Shown: positions 1 to 9,673 of the stretch, piece after piece
Layout of the letters: each line of letters opens with the position of its first letter
Position numbering within the stretch: position 1 is the stretch's first letter
Origin: Neophaeotheca triangularis
Taxonomy: Eukaryota
Direction: 5' to 3'
Length of the DNA: 64,000 bases
Assembly (NCBI GenBank): GCA_054600435.1
Contig: BAAIJX010000011.1
Location: 186,001-250,000, forward strand
Position numbers and translations under genes: made by a program
Notes under the pieces: generated by a model
Databases searched by the model: none
What the model was told of the DNA's origin: nothing
The model's input: only the letters and a program-made list of their open reading frames with translations

Positions 1-1488
1 GTCACCTCCCGTGCTAGCCAATACCGCAGCGCTGGATGCGTTTGTACTGCTGTTGGATTGTTTCGACAGTCGTCCGTTGTTGGCAATGTTGGCCACTCTG
101 ATGATGCCACGCGTAGTGGACGAATGCGCCTCTTCAGAGTAAACCTTGCTCGTCTCCTGAGGCTCGCTGTGTCCAAAAGACCAGAGCTTGGTGACAGTAA
201 GATGGTTAGTAGTAAGCGTGCCTGTCTTGTCCGAACAAATCACGTTGACGCTCCCCAAAGTTTCAACGCTGGGTAGTCGGCGAACAATCGCATGCCGTTT
301 GCTCATGCGCAAGACTCCCAAAGCAAGAGTAACCGTGACGATAATTGGTAGACCCTCGGGAATCGCGGCAACAGCCAGTGATACTCCTATCTGGAAGAGC
401 TCAAGGAATTCCAGACCACGCCAAAGCCCAACAAGCATGATCAATCCAATGACGACAAAGGAGAAGTAGCTGAGATCTTTCCCAAGGCGATCCATAGACA
501 GCTGCAACGGTGTTCTTGGCGACTCAATCTCCTGAAGCGACGCGCTGATAGCTCCGAACTCCGTATCCCCGCCAGTAGACACTACAATCCCCTGTCCATA
601 ACCAGACCTCACCAAGGTGCCCATGAATGCAATGTTCGTTTGGTCGTTTAGCCTCAAGTCAGCCCCTCCGTACATTGGCGAAGTGTGTCCGTTCGCAAGC
701 GTGGAGGGATCGACCGTATCCTTTGACTTATTCACAGGCTCGTTTTCTCCAGTCAAATTGCTTTCATCAATGCTCAAATCACTCGCGTGCGTAATCCTGA
801 TATCCGCTGGTACTCTGTCTCCCGTGGAGAACAAGACCAGATCTCCAGTAACCAATTGTGACGCACCTACAGTGCTACTTGCTTTTTCCGCACTGTCGAA
901 CCCTTCGACCCCGGGACCCTGCGCCTGTCCAGCAACCTCGTACTTTATGTCACGGCCTTTGCTGGATGGAGCACTGCTTCGAATCACGTGCGCAGTGTTG
1001 GCGACCAACTGATTGAGCGCTTCCAAGCTCTTCTCTGACCTGTATTCTTGCACAAAGGCCACGGTTACCACAATTGTAACGGCAACCGCTATACTGATGG
1101 CATCTGAGGAATTGCCCATGAGAGCGGAAATTGCTGCGCTGGCCAGCAGGAGGAGGATGAGTGTTTCCTTGAACTGCTTGACAAAGCGCAGCCATAGGGG
1201 CTCCGGCTCCTCCTTGGGAAGTTCATTGGGCCCTTGGGCGTGCAGGCGAGACTGTGCATCTGAAGGATGTAGACCGTGAGTCAGGGAGGTAGAATGCCGT
1301 TCTGCAACCTGCTCGGGGGATATTGTGGCGTGGGTGGATGTTATCGATTGCTGTCCAGGGACTTTGAGTCTGCTCTTTGCTCTCTTGTGGTGTTTGTCGT
1401 GGGGGGGTTCTGGACTCGGGGAGAGGTTGTATGAGTTCGAGGCGGGACCATTGTGGACTGGCAAGCCTGGCGACTTGGACCTTGACAT
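1..1488 (-). CDS. PMR1: Secretory-pathway Ca2+/Mn2+ P-type ATPase (PMR1/SPCA), 5' part; runs off the left edge
   Basis: Not in the ORF track because it is open at the edge. Manual translation from ATG 1488 gives ...[24 protein letters not shown]...[18 protein letters not shown]...[22 protein letters not shown]...[11 protein letters not shown] (PEGL and DKTGT motifs of type IIA P-ATPases). Confidence 0.92.
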   Translation of the reverse strand, partial: MSRSKSPGLPVHNGPASNSYNLSPSPEPPHDKHHKRAKSRLKVPGQQSITSTHATISPEQVAERHSTSLTHGLHPSDAQSRLHAQGPNELPKEEPEPLWLRFVKQFKETLILLLLASAAISALMGNSSDAISIAVAVTIVVTVAFVQEYRSEKSLEALNQLVANTAHVIRSSAPSSKGRDIKYEVAGQAQGPGVEGFDSAEKASSTVGASQLVTGDLVLFSTGDRVPADIRITHASDLSIDESNLTGENEPVNKSKDTVDPSTLANGHTSPMYGGADLRLNDQTNIAFMGTLVRSGYGQGIVVSTGGDTEFGAISASLQEIESPRTPLQLSMDRLGKDLSYFSFVVIGLIMLVGLWRGLEFLELFQIGVSLAVAAIPEGLPIIVTVTLALGVLRMSKRHAIVRRLPSVETLGSVNVICSDKTGTLTTNHLTVTKLWSFGHSEPQETSKVYSEEAHSSTTRGIIRVANIANNGRLSKQSNSSTNASSAAVLASTGGD

Positions 1489-2278
1489 GTTTTCGCGGCC
1501 ATCAATCGATCAGTCAGTCCATGGACGGGCTCCGACTCGTGTCAGTCCGGACGAGGAGAGGGGGGGGGGCAAGATCGGTGGGTTCGAGAAGGGCGGGATT
1601 GGTCTGGTGGAGGTGTCGGATGCTGTTATATCATTATAGGCGGTGGAGTGGTGGAAGAAGTACAGGAGAGTGCCGAGCACGTGAAACGGGGGTGCCTCCT
1701 TTGCAGCAGAGGCGAAGCTGTTATTATTCTCCTTCCAGACGTCTCAACGTCGAGGCGCTTGGAAGTGTTTCAAAGGGGCACGTCGCGAGACAGTCTGCGA
1801 GCCGTGGCGGCCTGACTTTCAAGGCATGCATAGATCTTACGGTACCTACCTATCTAGGTAAGGTGTCGTCGATGGATGGAGAACCGACGGGAGGCTCTGC
1901 ATTATTCTTGGCGCTTTCCTCAGCAGCTCCAGCCACCGCTTGACAACAACGCGCGACACTTCGGCCAGCACCGCGAGCCATCTCCATCCATCTTCGACGC
2001 CTCCGGACAGCCACTTTGTGCGACAAACACATCCTCCTCTCTCCACTGCCTTTTTTATCTTCTTGCTCTGCAATTTCTCACGACTATGCTAACATAGACC
2101 GTCCCCGACGACGACACCGGACTGCCGACCACCTGACGTGGACGCGCCGTCAACAACAATAACAACGCGCTTTTGCGCAGGCGCAACACCAACAACTCGC
2201 CACCACCAACCCTCACGCATTTGATACCCATATCACCAGAATCGCGTCGACTCGCTCTACCTTGCTATCGCCGTCAGC

Positions 2279-4281
2279 ATGTTTTACTCCGAATCGCTTC
2301 TCGCCAAAACCGGGCCCCTTGCTCGCGTCTGGTTGGCGGCCAACCTGGAGCGCAAGTTGACGAAACAAAATGTCTTGAACTCCGACCTCGAAAACAACGT
2401 CAAGGATATCATTGGTAATGGCCAGGCGCCAATGGCGTTGCGGTTGAGTGGGCAGCTGTTGCTGGGTGTGGCACGCATTTACAGCAAGAAGGCCAGGTAT
2501 TTGCTCGCAGACTGCTCCGAAGCGCTGCTGAAGATCAAAATGGTAAGGCTAGCGCTAATGGCCGCCACCGTGCGGCAACAATGCTAATATGTTCTCAGGC
2601 ATTCCGACCAGGCAACGTCGATCTTCCCGGCGGAAAACAGTCCCACACTGCTAACCCAAATGCACTTATCCTTCCAGACACGATCACAGAGCTCGACCTG
2701 TTTGCTCCTCTCCCTGAACCTGAGGACTTCCTTGGCGAACCAGAGACACGCGCTCCAGGTCGCGATCCCACACTGCTCGATTTTGGCACCAGCCAGCTAC
2801 TTCCCGAGAGTCAGACTCCCGCTCAACGCAAAGAGAAGCAGACGCTAGGCCAACTTCATGAAGACGATCTAGATCTGGATCTTGGTTTGGAGGATGATGA
2901 GCCTACAGTGCGCTCAACACCCTTTGGCGGTGACGATGATCGTAGTGTCGAAATTGGTCGACGCGCTCCCACCCCCAGACGTGATGAGCCAAGCATGCTG
3001 TTCCCCGACGATCTCGGATTGGACACTGGCCTTGATGACAACGACAAGACGATGCGCGAGAGCTCAGTACGCCCTCTCCCACAGGACGAAGACACGGTAA
3101 TGCTGGGTATGGACGATGATAATCAAGCGCCCATGCCAATGGATGATGACGTTGAAGTCGCAAACACGGCTGCCTTTGGCCGCGCATCTGCTACTGCTGA
3201 AGAGAGGAGACAACGCGACTCGGCTTCCCCTCTGTCCTCGATCCGACCGAGCGTGGAGCGCGATCTCGAGGAGACATTCCATCTTTCGCAGAATCCCTTG
3301 CAACGCGAAGAAGAGGAACAAGATGAAACGATGGTTCAGGCTGCTCAACGCGTGAAGCGACGAAAGGTGCTGCAGCAAGACACAGAAATCGAACTTCGCA
3401 GTGCTCAGCTTCGCCAACAACAGGAAGACCGTTCCGCCATCACCAAAGCCCCCTCGTTCTTGCCCCGTGATCCTCTACTTCTCCAACTGATGGAAATGCA
3501 GCGTTCGGGAGCTTTCGTCAGCAGCATAATGGGCGACGGGCGCATGGCTGGCTGGGCCCCCGAGCTCCGCGGCATCAGCTCCATCGAAGTCGTGCGCAAA
3601 GCCGGCGAGAAAAAGCGCAAGCGCGACAGCGGCCTCCCCGCCGTCGACGAAGAAGGCATCCGCGAAGAAACTCCTCGTCTCGAGCTGCCCCGGGACGAAG
3701 ACGAAGGTTTCCAACCCGTTGCCGACGACTTCGCCCTCGGCGGCAACACCACCCTCCCACCCTCCGACGGCGCCGCACCCGCCCTCGGCCTCGACTCCGA
3801 TGCTCCCCTCCCCCTTCAAGACGAACAACAAGACCCCTACGACGAAGCCCCCACCCCCGCCGCTCCCTTCGACACCACCGAAGCCCCGCTCCTGCACCCT
3901 TCGCAATCCGGGCCCGTGAGCTTAGGAACGCAAACCGCCGTCCACCTCCTCCGCTCGCACCTGGCTCCCGAGCACGACCCGGCTTCCACTTCGCCACCCA
4001 CGCCCAGCAAGCGCGTCAAAGCCGAAGCCCTCTTCACCGACATCTGTCCCGAAGAGCGCACCAGCCGGCAGGATGCCACGAAGATGTTCTTCGAACTTCT
4101 CGTGCTCGGGACTAAGGATGCTGTTAAGGTTGAGCAAGGAGGGGAGGAGCTCGGAGGCGAGATTAGGGTTAGAGGGAAGAGGGGGCTTTGGGGGGATTGG
4201 GCTGAGCGGGGCTTGGGTGCTTCGCAGCAAGTGGAAGAGGATGGGGACGCGGGAGCTGAGGCTGTGGCTGTGGAAGTGTGA
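2279..4281 (+). CDS. RAD21: Cohesin kleisin subunit Rad21/Scc1/Mcd1 (2 exons: 2279-2542, 2599-4281)
   Basis: N-terminus MFYSESLLAKTGPLARVWLAAN...ALRLSGQLLLGVARIYSKK and C-terminal ATKMFFELLVL winged-helix motif. Intron 2543-2598 (GTAAGG..GCTAAT..CAG) joins KIKM to AFRPG. Separase-like SxExxR sites SVEIGR and SIEVVR. Confidence 0.95.
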
Positions 4282-4711
4282 GTCGGAGAACGACTTTGGT
4301 GGTGTGCTTGCTTGCATCTAAATCATTGATGATTAAATTTTGGCCACTCGTAGCTGGCTTTTGGGAATGCGTTGCGGTTACGACAGACGATTGCCGCGCT
4401 TTGGCGTTTCGATACCAGGACTGGACAGGACAGGATGTAGGCGAGGTTTTCTTCTTATCTGTAGCAGTAAAGCGAATGGGTACTTTCTTTGCATCGAGTC
4501 AATGACCCTTCTCCAGTTTACTTTCCATGACATCTAGAAACATAATGGCCCCTCGACAGGTCTCACGCTAAACCAATCATCAACGCGTACATCATAACCT
4601 CCACCACCGCCAACCCCACCTCACCTCAACTCATCTCAACCTCGACCCCAAACAACCAAGCTACGGTAACGACAGACCCGACCTCCCTTTTCTGTCCTCG
4701 AGCCATTTCCC

Positions 4712-5703
4712 TCAAGACCTCTCAGAAGCACTGTCATCGACCCTCTTGGGATCTCTCTCGGCATCCCGCTGCGCCATCTCGCGCTGCACTTTCTGCGACT
4801 TGCTGCGGCGGAAGAGGAAAAAGACGGCCGTGGCGATGAGAGCGAGACCCGCGACGGAACCGACGACAGCGCCGGCGATGGCGCCGTCGGAGATGCCGCT
4901 GGAAGAGGAAGAGGAGGTGTCATCGTCGGAAGAAGAAGAGGAAGAAGAGCCGGACGAGGACTCCTGGAAATCAGAAGCATCGTGCGGCGCCTCGCCATCC
5001 TCACCCGTAGTGGTGACATCCACATCCTCATCGACCTGCACTTCGGGCTCACTGACTGTGGCATTGAAGCAAGGGATGCTCTCGTCGAAAGCGGACAGTT
5101 CGACAAACGTGACGTCGGCGCACGCGTAGTGCATTTCGCCATCGTCGGCGTCGAGCCAGAACATGCTGAAAGTTGCGTTGTCGCCTGCTGAGGCCTGGGA
5201 GGAAGAGGGCGAGTCGATGGGGATGCAGGTGTGGCCTAGGTCGAGGGAGCCGATGGAGGTGGGGGTCTCCAGGGATTCGAAGTCGTCCCAGTCTTGGGGG
5301 TCTGGAGGCAGGGGGTTTAGAAGGTGAGGGTTTTGTTTGGGGAAGGGTATGGGGGGTGGCTTGGCTTACCGTTGGAGTAGGAGACGCTGATGTGGACGGC
5401 ACTGGTGTCGTCTTGGGTTACAAGCGCGAGGCGGCCGTTGGCTGTGCGGGTTGAGTTGTTAGCAGGGAGTCTTCTTTCTGCCTGTGGCGGGCGCTTCGAC
5501 TTACAGAGAGGAAATTCAGTCCTCTCTCTAGGCCCGCTGGTGGAACCGCAAGGGGCTTCAGTGGAAGCATCCTCCGACCACTCGCGGGTGGGGGGCCACA
5601 TGATCGAGCCGGCGGCCATGGTGTCGGACTCCATGGACTGGGCGACGGCATTGCTGGCGACCAGAGCGCCAAACAGGGCGGCGAGGTGTGTCTTCACGGC
5701 CAT
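4712..5703 (-). CDS. Secreted, single-pass membrane protein with BIM1/X325-like (copper-acquisition-factor-like) domain; 3 exons (5703-5505, 5441-5370, 5301-4712)
   Basis: Signal peptide MAVKTHLAALFGALVASNAVA; motifs WPPTR, APCGS, RTEFPL, GHTC, NAT, YACADVTFV, PCFNAT; Ser-rich stalk; TM segment GAIAGAVVGSVAGLALIATAVFFLF followed by RR. Introns 5442-5504 and 5302-5369 are GT-AG and restore the frame. Family assignment is from motif recall. Confidence 0.75.
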
Positions 5704-6131
5704 TGTTGATGGTGGGTATTGAAGTGAAGAGAGGAGGATGTGACAATCTTTGAAGACTCGACTCTCGAAGCAGATGATGCCAAGGTGGTTTTTGCGACGT
5801 GAAGACCTACCAACGTGAGCAGAGGACCACGGGGATGTGATATACCTCTGAGAGTGACGTCCTTGGCTTTCGCAGGTAGCTACCATCCTTCAGTGCGAAC
5901 ACCTGATGTTCAGCCCTAGCTCCGCCAAGTCGTTTTCGATACTTTCTCGTAGCGAGAAGCGCTGGGCGACGAGCCCGCTATCAGGTCCGCCAGGTCCCTT
6001 CTACACGCGCTCACCGTTGGTAGAGCCCTCTGCTGGAGCTCTGAAAGCTTGCTTGGGGCTTCGATTCGCTCCGATAGCGCCGCAGTGGTTGCTTGGGTTT
6101 TCAGGAAACCTGATGGGATATGAGCCATCTA

Positions 6132-6576
6132 ATCTTATCAGATGGACGTACTGGTGAAAAATCCAAATTAGTACGCATTTGCCAAGTCACTCGCGTTATT
6201 GCATTCCAAGCGAGGGTTCCAGACACCGGCATATCCCGTCGTGGTGATTGAGACTGTTAGGTACCTAGTGAGTGTTCACAGGGGGGTCAGGAGTCAGGAG
6301 TCAGTCAAGTGAAAACGTACCATCTGATAAGATTCCAGGTTAATCTAATCAGATCCCGAATTGGTATTGTTAGGCGAGGTCCTCGTTAAGTGTGGGCTTT
6401 CATTGACTGCCGCCATCCTGGTAACTTCCTGTTCGGGTAGCCAATTTCTGGGCGCCAATCCCGCTTTCGGAGGCTTTTTCTCTGGCGTTTTGTCTTTCCA
6501 AGGCTCTACCCAGGTAGTGACCGTTGCTGCGTACATAACATCTGATTAGATGAGGGAAATTTTCATCTTATCAGAT
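6132..6576. promoter_or_regulatory. Cluster of five ATCTGATWAGAT boxes (SreA/Fep1-type GATA iron-repressor motif) in the divergent promoter
   Basis: Copies at 6132-6143(-), 6322-6333(+), 6343-6354(-), 6540-6551(+), 6565-6576(-). Three contain the exact ATCWGATAA consensus. Confidence 0.75.
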
Positions 6577-7060
6577 GCCTGGTTGGTCCGACATTGTCGC
6601 CAGATCAGACCTGCATGATTCCTGCCACGCCATTAGTTCTGCACTCATGGCTACAGTACCTTACCGGTCTCGCCTGCTTCACATGTGCACTTTTCCTCTG
6701 GCGATGTCGGCTTGTTTTGTCGGCGTCGTTGTAGCCCTACCTAAGATACCTTGTTGTACCCTTAGGGCTGGCCATGGCGACTTGCCATGACTCTCTCGCC
6801 CATGTCCGTTTGACCCCATTCCCAACAGAGTCTTGGCAGACTCATAGCAAGTCGAGCTGGCAGTACCTAGGTAGTTCCGGACGTGAAATCTTGAATCTTG
6901 GGAGTCCATGGCTCTCCTGGAGGGAAGTCGACCGTGCGCAAGAGAAGACCCGGCAGGGTACATATTCTTTTGACTTCGCTCTTGACCTGCTTGCTTTCTT
7001 ACTACTCGGTACCTCTACTTTCAAGACCAACACAGTCGTTATCAAAACCAACCAATAATA

Positions 7061-7986
7061 ATGCCTTTCTCTCCAGTCGTTGTCGGCGCTTTCGCCTCTC
7101 TCCTCGTGGGCGCCTCTGCCTCTTCCGGTCTTGTCGCTCGGGAGCTACCTCTGCCCCACCTTGTGCCGATTGAGAAGCGCCAGGATGTCTCCCCGGAGCA
7201 GTACCAGTGCCACTCCAACTGTGGTAAGTCGTCTCCCTCCCAGTATCAGCAGAGCTGTGGTCGTCTACCTAACCCCCATACTAAGACGATTGTTAGGTAA
7301 CGCCATCTTGGACGCAGACGGCGACCACTGCGATAGCTCTGACTGGAACGAGCTTTACTCGGGGTGCATGGAATGTGCCGAGGAGTTTGGCATCTGGCAA
7401 TGGTACCAAAGCGGTGTGACCGAGGCGGCTGAGGAGTGTGGTCTTGATGCCGAGCCTGTGGAGGCGGATGGCGACGACGACGAAGACGAGTCGCCAGCTG
7501 CCCCGGAGCCTGAGCCCACCGTTGAAGAGACCCCGGTGCCTGAGGAGACCACTGCCGTTGAAGTCCCTGTCCCCGAGGAAACCACAGTCGTCGAAGAGGC
7601 CCCTGCCGCTGAGACCAACACGGTTTCCGAGGATATTCCTGCCGCCGAGGAGACTCCTGACGTCGAGGAAACCCCCGCCGCCCCAACTGCCACCGTTGCT
7701 CCCGTTCCGGAGCAGCCTGAAGAAGACGCTGCCCCTGTTGCCACCGCTACGGAAACTGGTATCTGGGTTGGCAACGACACCGCACCCGTGCCCACCTCCA
7801 CCGCCACATCGCCCGCCCTTCCTGAGGAGGTAAAAATCCCCACCTTACTACAAAAAGACAAGTAAGCGAGACTAACTCATCCATCTTTAGTCTGACGACC
7901 CGATGGAGTTCGACGGTGGCGCCAGCGCCATGGGCGCAAGCTGGGTGGCTGCCATTGGTGTGTTGATGGCTCCTTTCTTGGTTTAA
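7061..7986 (+). CDS. GPI-anchored cell-surface protein with a 6-Cys N-terminal domain and acidic Pro/Thr/Glu stalk; 3 exons (7061-7223, 7297-7829, 7891-7986)
   Basis: Signal peptide, Kex2-like KR, then QCHSNCG..HC..W..GCMECA..IWQWY..V.EAAEECG. C-terminus FDGGASAMGASWVAAIGVLMAPFLV* resembles a GPI signal. Introns 7224-7296 and 7830-7890 have CTAA branch sites. Confidence 0.85.
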
Positions 7987-8680
7987 GTCTGCTGGCAATG
8001 AAACAATGAAACCGAGCCTCATTTGGTGTTCTCGAGGTCGTCCGGTCGGGGACAACGGAGTAGTTTTACTTTCTCGAGTGGCATGACGTGTGCCCCTAAT
8101 ACCTTGTTATGCAAGGACTTGCTAGATGACCGGTGATGAGGTCCTTGTGTATATACCATTTGTATAATAGCCATGCTTGGATTTGTCGTTCATCCTTGCA
8201 CTCGTACGCCCATGGTGATGGTGCTGGGTTTGGTCTGTCATTTGCTGAAGTGCAGTGCCGCGTGCGGGTTGGACTGTTGATCCATCTGATTAGATAGATG
8301 GTGAGCATAAGGTTGGGGGTCAGCCGGGACATGTACCTGTCACGATAGCACTACTGATCAAAAGCACAAGGATCATGGGAGATTTCACGATGGACCTCAG
8401 ATGCGTAATGTACCTAGGTACTCTGATCGACGTATAGAAAAGGTGCCTTGCAGGCCTGGCAAGCAGTTGAGAAGAGATCAATCGAAGAATACGTAGTAGC
8501 CAGTGTAAGTCACCCTCGCCGCACTCACAAGCGTAAACCGTTCTAGAACTTTAAACTTCAAAAGGATTGGTAGTGTGTACCCATCATCAAGCAACGAAGA
8601 GCCAAACAGCCCCCCGAAGTCCACCTCGAGGCACACCACTCTCAAACCTCTCCAGAACAACTCCCACAACCTAAAACAAA

Positions 8681-9007
8681 ATGTGCCACAAAGCAGTCTG
8701 CTCCACCTGCCGTAAGCCCGTCCACGCCCATTCCACAAAACCCAAGCTCCCATACCCTCACCCTACCGCTCCCCCACCCCATCGAATACTACTAACCCTC
8801 CACCTCCGCTCCCTCTCAGAGAAAACAACCTGGTTCGGCTGCGGCGCCCACGTCCCCCAAGTCCTAGACGCCGTGCCCGAGCCCGAGCGCTGCGACTGCG
8901 AACCTCGCGTCGAGAAGAGCGGGAAACAGTACCCACCGATGGGTAAGTCTGCTGCCGAGTTGGCGCGGGAGAAGGGGCCGAAGGTTGGGGTGGGTATTGG
9001 GTTGTGA
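8681..9007 (+). CDS. Small conserved Cys/His-rich protein (~72 aa after splicing; exons 8681-8711, 8820-9007)
   Basis: Spliced product MCHKAVCSTCQKTTWFGCGAHVPQVLDAVPEPERCDCEPRVEKSGKQYPPMG... In-frame 108-nt intron 8712-8819 (GTAAGC..ACTAAC..CAG). Confidence 0.8.
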   Translation: MCHKAVCSTCRKPVHAHSTKPKLPYPHPTAPPPHRILLTLHLRSLSEKTTWFGCGAHVPQVLDAVPEPERCDCEPRVEKSGKQYPPMGKSAAELAREKGPKVGVGIGL

Positions 9008-9673
9008 ACGCGCGGCGAGGGTTTTGCGGTGCGGGGTGAGGTGAGGGGGTTATGTTTCGATTGAGCTGCTGTGAATTTCGTGCTGACTTTTGGGGGCGCT
9101 GGTAGGTGGGGCTTTTGGCATGATTAAGGGGATGTTTGGGATGGGGGGTGGTGGTGGGGGAAATTCCGGGGAGGGGAAGGGGGAATTGTAGATTGCGGTC
9201 GTTTAGGATGATTGGGGAGTTGAAGAGGTTGGACCTGGGTTTTGAGAGGTCTGGCGATTGGACACCTTGATGGGTGATGAAGCTGGGGGATGCAATTTTC
9301 AAAGTTTGGAGAGTGACGGTGGTGTACTATGTTTTTGCAGCTTCTTCGTTTGATGATACATATGTCCCGCCGACGGGGCGAATTGTCGATGGACTTGTCG
9401 ATGCTATCAATGAGCAAGACTTCGCGTCTGATCTGGCACGCAATTATCCACAAAGGTATCTTGAAACTGCCTCCTGGATCCCCCTGAACTCTGTCTCACA
9501 AACGTAGAAAGGGTTTGAACCAATTCAATACCCATGCCTCATCCTGTTCAAGTATTCTCTGTCCAAAACGGCAGACCGCATCATGGTGGCATCACAGTCG
9601 TAAGCCGCGAGCCGCCATCTCGACCCATTCGGTTGACCCATCTCAAGCCCATACTCAATGGTTGACCTTTATC

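Noticed and set aside
58..1943. Several plus-strand ORFs in the track
   Set aside because: Mostly antisense shadows of the PMR1 frame, which the track missed because it is open at the edge; the rest cover its upstream region.
4163..4176. TTAGGG telomere-like sequence
   Set aside because: Single unit inside RAD21 codons.
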